64,000 nt of DNA. Source: Lama guanicoe. Its lineage: Eukaryota. Below the pieces are notes generated by a model. That model was given only the letters and a program-made list of their open reading frames with translations, was not told the DNA's origin and made no database searches. Where the stretch lies: contig MU053376.1 in the NCBI GenBank assembly GCA_013239625.1, forward strand, positions 2,468,507 to 2,532,506, given 5' to 3'. Of this stretch, positions 23,905-36,263 are shown one piece after another. The first letter of the stretch is position 1, and each line of letters starts with the position of its first letter. Made by a program: the position numbers and the translations under genes.

Positions 23905-24780
23905 TTTTCTGGGCCTACTGCAATGATGTATTACAAACTGGATGCTGAAAATAACAGAAATTTATTCTCTCACAGTCACAGAGGCTAGAAGTCCGAAATC
24001 AAGGTGTTGTGGGGGGCCATGATCCCTCTGAAGCCTCTAGGAAAGATTCATCCTTACCTCTTCCAGCTGCTGGTGTCCCCAGGTGTCCCCTGACCTGGGG
24101 CAGCAGCATCACGTCAATCTCTCTCTCTCCTCTCTTCTTACACAGACGCCAGGCGCTTTGAGTGAAGGGCCAACTCTTCACTGTAGGGCCTTATTTTAAC
24201 TAATTGCATTTTTAATGACGTTGTAAACTAGCAGGACCCTGGGGTCCTTCTAGGATTAGACCCCTCCCCCCTGTCCTCTGCTGCAGCTCCTCTCTGAAGT
24301 ATCCCGATAACAGGATCTCATGCATATTTCCTGAGTTTTTCAGATGCTTCAAACCACCACCAAAGGGAAGAAATTAACTACTGGATGATCGGCGTGGCCC
24401 CCAGACCTTCTGGCGCCTACGAGTTGATAGTGTTGACACCCTGTTACCTCAGTGTCAACCAGTCAGAGAACTGTGCACGAGCTGATCACGGACCCTGTGG
24501 TCCCACTCCCTTACCTGGCCTTTAAATATACTTTGCTGAAACCCTTCAGGGAGTTCAGGCTTTTCTTGGGCATAAGCCACCCCGTCCTCCTTGCTCGACC
24601 CTGCAGTAAAACTTTCTCTGCTCCAAACTTCAGCGTTTCAGTGTGTTTGGTCTCATGGTGCGGCGGGCACACCAACTTGCCTTTGGTAACAACATTATTT
24701 TCAAATAAGGCTATTCTGAGGTCCTGGGTGTTAGGACTTCAATCTGTCTTTTTTGAGGATGAAATTCAACCCAATAACAA
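23905..24780 (-). mobile_element. MLT1 (MaLR) LTR interrupted by a younger solo LTR
   Basis: aacagaaatttattctctcacag...gaggctagaagtccgaaatcaaggtg, resuming after 24695 with tcaaataagg...ttaggacttcaa. Confidence 0.75.
24222..24691 (+). mobile_element. Solo ERV1-type LTR, 470 bp
   Basis: TG...CA termini, 4-bp TSD acgt/acat, TATA-like tttaaata (~24520) and AGTAAA (~24604). Confidence 0.75.
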
Positions 24781-25193
24781 GGAAAAAAAAACAGAAGAAG
24801 AGAATTGACAAAGTGTCATCTGAAAACAAATACCTTCTTTATGGGCCAGTGGGACACACCTAAGTAGTGTGCACCGTCAGTGCAAGGACTGGTGTCGGGC
24901 AGTCAGGGTCTCAGAAACTGCTGCTGGACAAGCCCTGCCCTTGGGGATCAGGTACCGAGGTCTAATTTCACAGGCTGAGAGTCCCCAGCCTGAGGACAGC
25001 TTCTCTCACAGCTGCCAGGTCTGGGGATAGACAAGATGACGCCCTGACAAGTCCTTGCATACTCAGGTACCCTCATTTCCTTGGTCTGGTGCTGTGTTTC
25101 TGGCTCTGTCCTGGGTTAATGAAGGGACCACTTTCTCCACCGCGGATGGTGGAGCCACCCTCACGCTGCAGTCCTCTTTCAACTGTGGGCAAA

Positions 25194-25211
25194 TGCTGCC
25201 ACCTTGTGACC
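25194..25211 (-). promoter_or_regulatory. Candidate CTCF site
   Basis: Reverse complement GGTCACAAGGTGGCAGCA. Confidence 0.5.
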
Positions 25212-25227
25212 AAAAGGCTTCATAGCT

Positions 25228-25350
25228 AGGGTGACCGTGTCATTTATTACTCAGACTAGGACACTTTTGAAAGTGAAAGGGGGCTTTCAACCATTGTGTT
25301 GGGACAACAGGTGTAAATCAGGGCTATGCCAGACACATGGAGACTCATGG
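25228..25350. mobile_element. MER81-like hAT-Blackjack fragment
   Basis: agggtgacc...ggacacttttgaaagtgaaagggggc...gggacaacagg. Confidence 0.6.
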
Positions 25351-25709
25351 GATATAGGGAACAAGGGGATGTGCAGGGATTCTCTGGAGGCAAATCTGGC
25401 AACATCTTCCGAATTGTCCCACTCTCCTGTGTTTACTCCCAGTATGAAGCTTCCTACAGCTGCCCACGTGGCCATCAGCCACCTCATACAAGGTTAACAG
25501 TACATCACAGAGTTCTGAGCCCCTAGATGCAAAGCGTAAAGAAATCCCAACTATGCCTGTTAAAAAAGAAAAGGAAAAAAGAAATAGATCTCTTTCTTCA
25601 TTGCCTATGGGGGCACAAAGTGCCCAGTCACATTTAAAGCTTTGTTCTGACTCCAAAAGATACATTTTGAACCAGTGAGGGAACAGAAGCCCAGAAAGGG
25701 CCTCAAATG

Positions 25710-25710
<1 letters not shown>

Positions 25711-25745
<35 letters not shown>
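25711..25745. repeat. (TG)n microsatellite
   Basis: Seen directly. Confidence 0.95.
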
Positions 25746-25746
<1 letters not shown>

Positions 25747-27052
25747 TGGTAGTTTCAAAATTCATAAATATGAAAGTATAATTTTTATTATTTTATTTAT
25801 TTTATTTCTATTTATTTCATTCATCATTTATTATTAAAATCACATTTCATTCTAGATGCTAAGTTCTATTGCTAGCAAGGATGACGTGGTATTGACAAGA
25901 GTCTTCCCCCTGATGATTAATGCTAACTTAACCTCTTCCACCTTGAGCACTTTTTTAGGTGAAGCACTCACTTCAAAGCTCAAACTCCTAAGAACATGAA
26001 GGGGCCCCTCTGCTGCTTCTCAGGATGGTGTCTTGGTGCAGTGACTTTGCTCAGATAGCCCCTGGCTGTCCTATTACAGTGAAAATTTTACATTTGGTAA
26101 GTGTCGCTGAATAATAAAGGAAGAATAATCTTAATGAGCAATTTAGAAAATAGATTGCCCTGATTAATTGCTGACATAAATTCCAGATGGATTAATCAAT
26201 TGAACACCTGAAGAAAAATAAAATCACTCAAAAAAAAACTAGCAGAAAATAGAAATGAATATTTATCATAAATCTAAAGGAGTGATTTTCTAAGCTTTAA
26301 AGTCTTAGGAAAAACAGTATAAGAAAAGAGAAATTTAAATGTACTTTAAAAAATCTACCCCCCTCTTCCCCAAATGACAATATAAATGAATAAAAAGAAA
26401 AACAAGATTTGGAAAATATTTCCAGTACATATAAGAAGCAAGAGGTATTACATTATTTCTAACAGTTTTTTTTAGGTGGAGTCTTCAGGGTTTTCTATGC
26501 ATAAAATTATGTCAGCCACAAATGGTGACTGTTTTACTTCATCCTTTCCGAGTTAGATGGCTTTTATTTCTCTTCCTTGCCTAATCGCTTCAGCTAGGAC
26601 TTCCAATACTATGCTGAAGAAGAAAATCACAAATTTTAAACTCACTGATTAACGTATCACAGTGTTGTGAGCTACCAAATAGTAAAGCAGCTAAACAAAA
26701 CTCCAGAACTGCACGTATGACTTCATTATAACAGGGTCAACATTATCTATGCATACGTGCAAACACTGCAGCGCAGCAGGGGAAATATTAAGCTAATTGA
26801 TGTGTTGGTGAGGAGAGAGCACGGGTGATTTTTTTTCCTTAACACGTTTCCTTCCTATTAGCCATATGTAAATACCAGTCTTATTGCTCGTGACAAAAAT
26901 TAAATTGTGTTACGTCCTGTAATACAGAGCCTTCCCGGGTCCTGTATTTCCCACCTGGTCTCCAATGCTCTGCTATGACTTCTTCATTCCAGTAAAGCCA
27001 CCCACGTCTCTGCACCCACACCTGCTCGGGCCAGCTTTGATGTCTTTGCTTA

Positions 27053-27235
27053 GGCCCGTGTTTATCAAACTTTAGCCATCTCAGAATTCCTTGGAAGACT
27101 TGTTAAAGCACAGTCTGCTGGGCCCCACCCCCACTGCGGCTGAGTCTGGGCGGGGCCTGAGGATTTGCGTGTCTAACCAATTCCAGGCAATGTTGATACA
27201 GCTGGTCCAGGGACCCCGCTTTGAGAACCGCTGGC
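27053..27235. mobile_element. MER5A-like hAT element
   Basis: cttgttaaagcacag...ctgggccccaccccc...gggcctgaggatttgcgt...ggaccccgctttgagaaccgctg. Confidence 0.75.
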
Positions 27236-29124
27236 TTAGCCATGCTTCACACTGGAAATGTCTCTTCCTTTTTCTTCGCTCCCCGCTTCCCTTCCCTTCC
27301 CCCTTTCTTTCTTTTTTCCTTCCAAAACACTGAATGAAGACATGCTTGCATAATGAGCATGAGCTTCTCCTTTAAGGTGGTTTTTGGTTGAAACTAATAT
27401 AATTATTCATGTATTTCACCTACCTTTTCTCAACAAATCAAAACTCTAATTATTTACTGTGTACCACCCCTACCACTTACATAATCCAGCCAATATATCA
27501 AAATAGTCAAAATAAATATATCTGTATTATTTATATATCAAAATAAATATACCTGTATTATTTTAACATATTGCTGCATACCTTTGTAATCATTTCATAC
27601 ATTTTTTTCTCTCCTTAACCAGCCCTTTGAAGCTCAAACAGAATAGTCTCTTTCTCCTGCATGGGCACAGAACCAATGTTTGCTGATTGGGGCTCCCAAG
27701 GGGCAAGCACACAGTCTATTAATAGGGCACTGGCTTTAGACACCTGCCTGATCCAGCTGCTTTCCCACCTTTGCGAGTCCTGATGTGGCCTGTCTCGCCC
27801 TGTCCCTGCTGGCCGTTTTCCAGGGTCCTGCTCCCCTTTACGGAGACAGTGCCTCCCAAAACACCCCGACAGGCTCCACTTACATCAAAACCAATTTTCA
27901 AAGACAACTGTGCCGAGGAGATGGGAAAAAAAAAACGATTTACTATTTTTAATATTGATTTTATTGTAAAAGTTATAATAAGTAGTTTTATAGTTTTATG
28001 TTTAAAAAATTATAGGAAAATCAAAGAAGAAAATTAGAATTTACTCATAATCCAACCACATTAAGGTAACCAATTTTAACATCTGAATGTTTATTTCCCA
28101 TATGCTTTATCCCACAAAATTTTTCTGTAAATGCTGTTTTTCAAGTCATGTGTGTTCATTTGTCAATATACCCAGACTTATCCAGACTTACTTACTGATG
28201 TCACTTAATCCTCTATAACATCACTTCAGGGCGTTACAAAGCTTTACATCATATATAGAGGCGATGAGTTATTTAACCAACTCTTTAATGATTAGTCATC
28301 AATCACTTTTGTTAATATAAATGGTTCAGTGAATATCCTTAGTCATCTCTGTACACCTTCCAATGTTGATCAAATATACACTTTAAAGACGTTGATGCAT
28401 ATTGAAATATCACCAACCAAAATGTTCGCGTTCCCCTCTGCAGTGTATAAAAGGTCCATGCAGCTCCTCCCAGGGTGTTGTCATCTCATCAGTGGAGATG
28501 GCATTTTGTTTTAACTTGAACATATTTCATCATTAGGAAAATGAGTTTTAAGTGAGTATGAATTATTTGTATTTATTTATTTTTGTGGTTGGATTATGGC
28601 CCAGTTTTCTCCTTACTCTTTTTATAACAGCAGATGAAGTAAGATACTCCAACTGAATCACTACTATGTAAAAGAGAAATGATTCCAGACTGAGATGAGA
28701 GGCCGACCTGCAGAAAATTCTACCAAGAAATGCCAGTGAGGTAACGCCCTGTACCGAGGGTATGAGAGGGTTGGGAGTGGAGCTTGAAGGGCAGTGAAGC
28801 AGATGTCCCCGCAGGGAGCCATGCTGAAACTGACCTCTGTACCTCAGGGAAGGACATGGTGGTGCTTGTCCTGTGCCTCCAGTCTAACGACACGGGCTTC
28901 CGGTGACCGTGCAGTGCGCCCTGCCGTCAGGGCAAAGACTGACTCCTGGCCGTGGAATCCAGGGGAGAGGTGAGGCCGGCTGGCTACCTGCTGTGGGAGT
29001 GGAGCAAGCCAAGAAGAGTTGCTCAGCTTCTATCCAGGCCAAGAATGAGTTTCCTGTGGACCAGAGGTAGAGGTGGCCCATCCAGGAATGAGAAGTTGAC
29101 TGTAGCCGTTTGAAATCCCACCTC

Positions 29125-29345
29125 CTGTAGCGGGCAAAGTAATGGTCCCACAAAGATGTCTGCATCCTAATCCTTAGAACTTGTGGATGTTACGTTACCT
29201 GGACAAAGCGGCTTTGTAGACAGGATTAAATTAAGGATCTTGGCCTGCAGAAATTATCCTGGACTCTTTGGCTGTCCCAGTGTGATCACAATTGTCCTTA
29301 TAAGATGTAAGAGGGAAACAGGAGGGTCAGAGTTGAAGAAGGAGA
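29125..29345 (+). mobile_element. MLT1 LTR 5' fragment
   Basis: tgtag...aatggtcccacaaagatgtctgcatcctaatcc...attaaggatctt...attatcctgga. Confidence 0.65.
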
Positions 29346-30749
29346 TTTTTCTATAACTTGATCGTGTATGTGTTTCTGTTATCATCATGTACTTTACAAG
29401 AACCTTCTATTTTCAGAATCCTTTTTTAAAAATATATGTAATTTTTTGATATATGGTTGCACTATCCCCTTATGATTCCAAAGACTAATTCTTTTTTAAA
29501 AAAAGAATTGTTTGTTAATTTTCTTTTATCCCTGCATTGTGTCTGTTGTCTCCACGTTCCTTCTCCCTGTTTGTTTATTTTGGTCTCTGGCTCTGATTTT
29601 AGAGGCTTCCCTCAAATATCTAGTGGTCCCTGGGTTCATACTTAAGACTGAGGCAGACACACAGATCTGACTGCGTATTTTTGGAGCTTGTCGATAGTCT
29701 TGCCAAGTTTCATTGTAGGTTTCCTGTTTTGTTTTGTTTCTGAGTCATTTCATTGGCAGAAGCTCCAAATTCAGTTGCAGTGGTCATCTTTCTCTTGGAC
29801 TGGTTTCCCCAGAGAATCTTCCAATTTTGTGCCGGGTGGGGTGTGATGGGGGAGTGGAGGAGCAGAGGCAGGGATGGGAGTGGGGGGTATATGCCTCTGC
29901 TGGCATTTTTGAACCAAATGGAGAAAGCCTGGGGGGTTCAGCTCTTCAGAATAGACGGCCAATTAACCCCCCAGTTCTCAGATGTGCCTGATGTTCCTGA
30001 GTTCAGAGTTATCTGGTATAAATTCTCTTATTTTTAGCTGAATTCCTCCGCGCACACACCTTCTGAGTATCACATTCCTCTAATTCCTGAGATATTTATG
30101 TCTTCAGCACAAAGGCTGCTTCTCTGGGCGGCTTCCCGTCTCTGCAGGCCTGGGGATTCCCCCTCTCTGCCCCTCCGTGCCAGGTCCCCTCTCTTACCTG
30201 CTTTTCATCTTCCGTTATCATCTCCTCTTCTCTTTCCTTTGTCTTTGTGGATTTTTACGGTTTTTATTCTTTACCATATTCATGGGATTTGGGGACAAAG
30301 TGGAGATTACATATTGTATCTATTCCACCATGCTTAAATAGAATTTGAGATTTTTTCTCTAGCTAAACACGGTTTGATTTGTCCTGCTCAGCTGTGACCT
30401 CTTGCTCACTCTCGAGGCCGGTGACAGCCTTAGCTGTAAGGTCTGCTGCTTGGCTCCTTGGATGTGACATTTCCCGCAGCATTAGAGGAGGGTGGGTCTA
30501 GGTTATCAGATTCTGAAGGAAAGGTTCTTAGTTGCCACAGTGTATAGTTTGAAGTGGTTTTATAGTTTAGTGAATAGAATAATTCACCTCCCATCATTTA
30601 TGTCATCTTGTGAGACCAGACTTTATTTTGTGAGTCTTTCAGAAGAATTAGTGATATACTTGGGGTGTTTTGAAAGAAGCCTGGAGAATCATTGTCCAAC
30701 ACGTCACTTGCTTTTAAAAATACACTAATGAGAAGTTAAATTCCACTTT

Positions 30750-31580
30750 GTGTTAAAACAACCTGCAGTCCTCCTCTGTGTCTCCTTTACTTCTACACAG
30801 AACACTTCACTTCGGACACTTCTGGTCACCAAATGCATGTGGGATGTTCACACAGTGAGCAGTTCTGCGGCACCAGCTGAGTGTCCTACACTTTAACTCA
30901 GTTCTGATACTGTTTGCGGGCAGATGGCATCAGCTCCCACAAGTAAGGGCTTCATCCCACAAGAATGCCCATGCCGCCCCGCCACCACCCATGCCAATCA
31001 CAAGCCCAGTTTGTTACTTGTGCTTCTGGCCAGTTGGCTATAAATTGGAGGTTCCCACAACACTTTCCTTGCGTTGGATTAATTTGCTAGAGTGGCTCAC
31101 AGGACTCAAGAAAAAAGTTTACTTACTGTTTATCAGTTAATTATAAAATATGATAAAGAGTGCAGATGAATATCCAGATGGAAGAGACGCCCAGGGCAAG
31201 GTTTGTGGGAAGGGGCATGAAGCTTCCATGTCCTCTCGGGGTACTCCACTCTCCTAGCACCCCTACGTGTTCACCAACCCAGAAACTCTCTGAAATCCTG
31301 TGCTTTGGGGATTTCTATGGAGGCTTCATCACAGAAGCACGATCACTTATTAACTCCATTTGGAGATTCAATCTCCTCTCTGGAGATTGAAGAGTGGGGC
31401 TGAAAATTCCAAGCTTCTAATCATGGCTTGATCTTTCTGGTGACCAGCCCCCATCCAGGATCCATCTAGGAGCCCACCCAGAGTCCCCTTGTTAGAATAA
31501 AAGATGATCCTAAGTTTTCTTATGACTTAGGGCTGTATAAGGATTAAGAACTCTGTGCCTGGAATGGAGATAAGTGTTTT
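30750..31580. mobile_element. MER21-like LTR, copy 1
   Basis: tttaactcagttctgatact...cccacaagtaagggct...ataaattggaggttcccacaac...ggctgaaaattccaagcttctaatcatgg. Confidence 0.7.
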
Positions 31581-31673
31581 ATTTTATTTTGTTTTGTTTT
31601 TTCATAGGACACCAGTCATATTAAATTATGAATCCACACTATTCCAGTATGACCTCCTCTTAACTAATGACCT

Positions 31674-32935
31674 TGCAACTGAACCAGGTTCATCTTGCCT
31701 GACACACAGCAAGCCAAAATGCTGAGACGTGCAGTTTTGCAGCAAAGAGAGCCTTTATCTCCAAGGCAGCCAATCAAAGAGGTGGGAGAACAAATCTCAA
31801 ATCTGTCTCCCCAAAGGCAAGGAGCTTGAGATATTTATGGGATAAAGAAGCAGGGTGGCTTATTTCACTTAGAATGACGATCTCCAGGTCCATCCATGTT
31901 GCTGCAAATGGCATTATTTTATTCTTTTTTTTTAATCACTGAGTAGTATTCAATTGTATAAATATACCACAGCTTCTTTATCCAGTCATCTGTTGTTGGA
32001 CATTTAGGTTGCCAGAAAGAGAAATACAAATATCATATGATATCACTTATATGTGGAATCTAAAAAAAAGAAAAAGAAAAAAGAAGAAGAAAAAAAAAGG
32101 ACACTAATGAACTCATCTACAAAACAGAAATAGACTCACAGACATAGTAAACAATCTTATGGTTACCGGGGAAAGGGGGTGGGAAGGGATAAATTTGGGA
32201 GTTTTGAGATTTGCAAATGTTAACCACTACATATAAAAATAGATAAAAAACAAATTTCTTCTGTATAGTACAGGGAACTATATTCAATATGTTGTAATAA
32301 CCTTTAATGAAAAAGAATATGAAAATGAATATATATGTTCATATATATATTCATATATATATGTATATATGCATGACTGGGACACTGCGCTGTACACCAG
32401 AAACTGACACATTGTAACTGACTATACTCCAGTTTAAAAAAAAAAAAGCAGCAGCAGCAGGGTGGTCTGAGGCGTGGGGAAAGGTGATTGGACGTGGGGA
32501 AAAGGTGAGGTAGTCGGTATTCTGCTCGGGTGCATCTGAGTTACACGCTTTTTCAATGGGATGTATGTTCAAAAATAGAGGCACTTAGCATGATCTGAGG
32601 TAGGAATTTTTGGCCTTCTGACGTCAAAAAGTTATTCATCAGATACCTGCCCAGGCCCAGTTTTAGGGTTGGTGGGTCCCAAACAGTCTTAGCTGGCTCA
32701 AGCTTGAACTAGACACAGCTGGCTTCAAGTTCCTGGAAAGCAACTGGGGGAAACGTCTTATTGTTCAGGCTACTTGAAGCATGGAGGATATGCAATTTGC
32801 AAAAAAATAATAGTAAAGGCGAGCTTGCGTAGTGAAGGCAGAGTGAGGGCAGAGGGGTTTTTAGTAAGCTGTCAGACATGCTCAGGAATTTCTCCTAGTC
32901 ACCAGTTTCTGTAAACCCTGTGGGGCACGGTTCCA
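31674..32935. mobile_element. Solo ERV1-type LTR inserted in an MLT1 and itself interrupted by an L1
   Basis: TG...CA termini with 4-bp TSD acct (31670-31673, 32936-32939). MLT1 sequence continues on both sides. Confidence 0.75.
31860..32447 (+). mobile_element. 5'-inverted L1 3'-end insertion
   Basis: About 31860-32011 is antisense L1 and about 32012-32447 is sense L1 with poly-A. TSD agcagggtgg on both sides. Confidence 0.85.
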
Positions 32936-34229
32936 ACCTCACCTGCAATGACCCTATTTCCAAGTCAAGGTCACATTCTGAGATATTGGAGACTAGGACT
33001 CAAACATAGGAATTCTGGAGTGGTAGGGGGTGGGCTCACAATTCAACTCATAACAAGTAGCCACAATGAAATTTGTAAAGGGACCATTCAGGTAAGGGAG
33101 GCTGCTGAGGCCAGTGGCAAATGGCATGTGCTCTGGAGATTTACACTTGGGGTTGGAATTCTGGATTTGTTATGTGACTTGAAGCAAGTTGCTTAACTTC
33201 TCTGAGCCTCAGTTTTCTCACATGTACAATAAGAAAACTTGGATTCATTTTGAAAGTTTTACCTTGAGGATTAACTGAAAGAATCAAATGAAAAGCATCC
33301 TGCAAAGCACCTGACATACAATAGTTGCAATTCTGTGCAGCAATATTTGCGATCATTGTTACTCTGTCTGACTTCGAGGATCTAAGTGCCTCTCCCCTAC
33401 ACGGCTGTTGTTTATCAGGGGTCTCCAAGTAATAATAACTATCCACCCCATCAGGTAAAATGTCTGCATATGCATGTGCTCTGTGTGTGTATGTGCATCC
33501 ATATATACACACATACATGTACATTTCCTCCTTTGATAATTTATTATGTACATCAGAATGGATACACACACCAAAGAAATAAAAAGAAATGAGTGGAAGT
33601 TTGGATAGTTTCTCCTACACCCTGATGGTACTTCCTGTGCTTTCTATGTTCACTTTAGAGATTGAAAAGTGCCCTTGATGAGGTTAGAGAGGCCAGCATT
33701 TATCAGTGTGACTTCTGCTCTGGTTACAGAGCGATGACTGTTAGCTCCCCCACAGCCCACACATTCTCCGCCTGCTCCAGCCCCTCCGGGGCAAACCCAG
33801 GCAGCCTTGACCTTGCGCTCTCGAAACCCTGATCAACTCCCAGTCCCCAGCTCTAATGAACTCTGGCTTCGGGATATCAGTAGAGAGACACTTGTCCTGA
33901 GTCAAAGTTTCCCAGTCTCGAGTATGGTATTACGCCTCTTGAATCGTGCTTTTCGCTCAACACCTGCCTCCTGCAGCCCTCGGGCGTCCTGCTCCATGGT
34001 GGGTATCGTTCGCCCACAAGACCTGCCGCCCAGCTGTCCTGGGGTGTCACTGCTCTCCTGAGTCTCTTCATTGCTCAGAGGTTTTTTTCTTTGTTTGTTT
34101 GTTTGTCTTGCAATTTAATTATTACTTAGAGGAGTCTTTGATGAGAGAGAAGAAAACATGTGTGGTAGATCTGGCACCTTTAATCAGAAGTTAGGTTACT
34201 TTTAAAATAAAAAAAAAAAGAAGAAAAAG

Positions 34230-34480
34230 AACTAATATTTATTGAACACTAGCTGAGGGCCAGACACTGGTCTAAGAACTCCACGTGTATTATTTTCTTA
34301 ATCTTCACAATAACCCTATGAGGTAAGAGCTCTGATTTTCTTCCCTGCTTTACAGATGAGGACACTGAGAGACAGAGATGGTAAATAACTCGCTAAGGTT
34401 CCCAGGGATAAGCAAATCGTAGAACAGGGTTGTGGATACAGGCAGTCTGACTCAAGGAGCTGTATCCCTAACCATCATGT
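34230..34480. mobile_element. MIR SINE (one of several; others near 14350-14580, 22400-22530, 33110-33330, 37160-37290, 44150-44325, 58715-58880)
   Basis: MIR core tttacagatgaggacactgag...aaataactcgctaagg. Confidence 0.7.
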
Positions 34481-36240
34481 GACATATATGTACAGACATG
34501 ATACATACATGATAGGTAGCTACCCAACCCGAAGCCTCTATAATCAAAATCATCTCAGAAAGAAAAATTACAAAGCAGCCCTGCCCTTCATCGGGTGGTG
34601 AGGACAGACCCAGATAAAACCAGTGGCAAAACTGACAGAAAACATTGTCCCTCCCAAAGTCACGCAGCAGATGTAAAATGTTGTAAAGAGTGAAAATCTT
34701 CCTCTTTGAGTGACCACCTCTTTCTTAACCAGTGATGTTCCCCGACTCACTTTGCTCTGTTTAGTATTGGGGATACCCTATTGCTAAACGGCCCTCAACT
34801 CATAACAACACCCAGTCCCTAGTTAACGTCCACGTATCTGAATCCTGAATCAGAAACAACAATCAAGTCAGAACTGAGCCCCATTCCCCAAGACTGTCCT
34901 CAAAATTCTGTAGCGGGAACCCAATCCTTATAAAAGATGCTTCCTGTCTTCCCTATTGTCAAGGCTCATTCTACATTTCTGGAACACTCTCTCTCACTGC
35001 ATTGAGTCAATAAATGTGATTTTGTCAGATTTGTGCCTGGTGGTCTTGGTTGGTTAGGCTTTTCTGTACGTACGTTTATTCTTAGAGATTCATTCCTTTG
35101 GCATAAACTTAGGCGCTTACCCACACTACCGAGCCCTGGGAGGGGTCAGATAATGGAAAGCCTTGGGAGAGAATGGCACTCTTGAGGGAAAGCGAGGTTG
35201 AGACGTGGAAGGCATACATAGCTACTTCATGTTTCATCCTCTGCTTGGCCTCAGTACTCTCCTTCTCTCTAGTCACTGGGCACTGAATCCACCCAGGAAT
35301 TATCTCAATTGTAGGCATCAGCTTCAATCTTGCCCTGGGCAGTTGCAACTGCCATTTCTGTACTGATAATGATCTCCACCCACTTCCCTGGGAAGTGATG
35401 GAGTTTCAGGATAAGTGAACCAGCCGAGAGGGAGGGTGGTCTAGACAAGGTACCCAGGGCCGTGTGGGAGCTTCCCTAACCTAGTGCAGCAAAGCAGGGC
35501 TGCAGAAACTCTGCCCAGTGGCCGGAGCACTACTTCTGGGGCTCAAGATCAAGGGTGCCCAGTGCTTGCACAGCCACGCGGGTCTCCATGAACATAAGGT
35601 TGCTATCACCGACTTTGTTGCTAACATTGATATTGTTATTAACACTTTTTATCTTAGTATTATATTTTTTGCTTTTCTAAGTACCTTCACATCGATCTTT
35701 TTTCTCCCCTGTGAAGTATAAACAACATGAGCGATCATTTCCCCATTTTGAAGTTAAAGAAACTGAAGCCTAGAGAAGTCAGGCTACCTGCCTACGTTGT
35801 TGACAGAGCAGAGGCCTAAAACAGAAGTCCCCCCGCCCCAGGCAGTGGTCACTCCCATTTCTCACAATGGAAAAGAAGAGCACTGAACAGCGGGTGTCAG
35901 GGGACCCACCAGAGCCTGGGCTGATAGCTGTGGATACGCCCAAAGTTTAGACCATTGGATCTCAGTGGGCAGAGTTTCCAGGACTAGAAACTCGTTCTTA
36001 TGTCTACATCTCCCACCCAGAACCTATCTGTTAATCCCACCTCCAGAAGCCACCCAGCTCCACACAGGAGAATGGAGCAACGCCCCGGGCTCAGGTGATA
36101 TAAGTGGAGGCTGGACAGCTGCCCGCTGTCTGGGTAGGAAGAGGCGGTCCCCGGCCTCCTGTGGGTGAGTCTGGGCACAAGAATGCGGTGAAGCCACTTT
36201 GAACCCGGCCGGCTGGGTCTTGGCCTTGCAGGCATCTCTG

Positions 36241-36263
36241 AACTGGCAGGTTTGAACCAGTTT
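36241..36263. promoter_or_regulatory. Candidate tandem GRHL/TFCP2 site
   Basis: gcaggtttgaaccagttt has two CNRG half-sites at 10-bp spacing. Confidence 0.5.
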
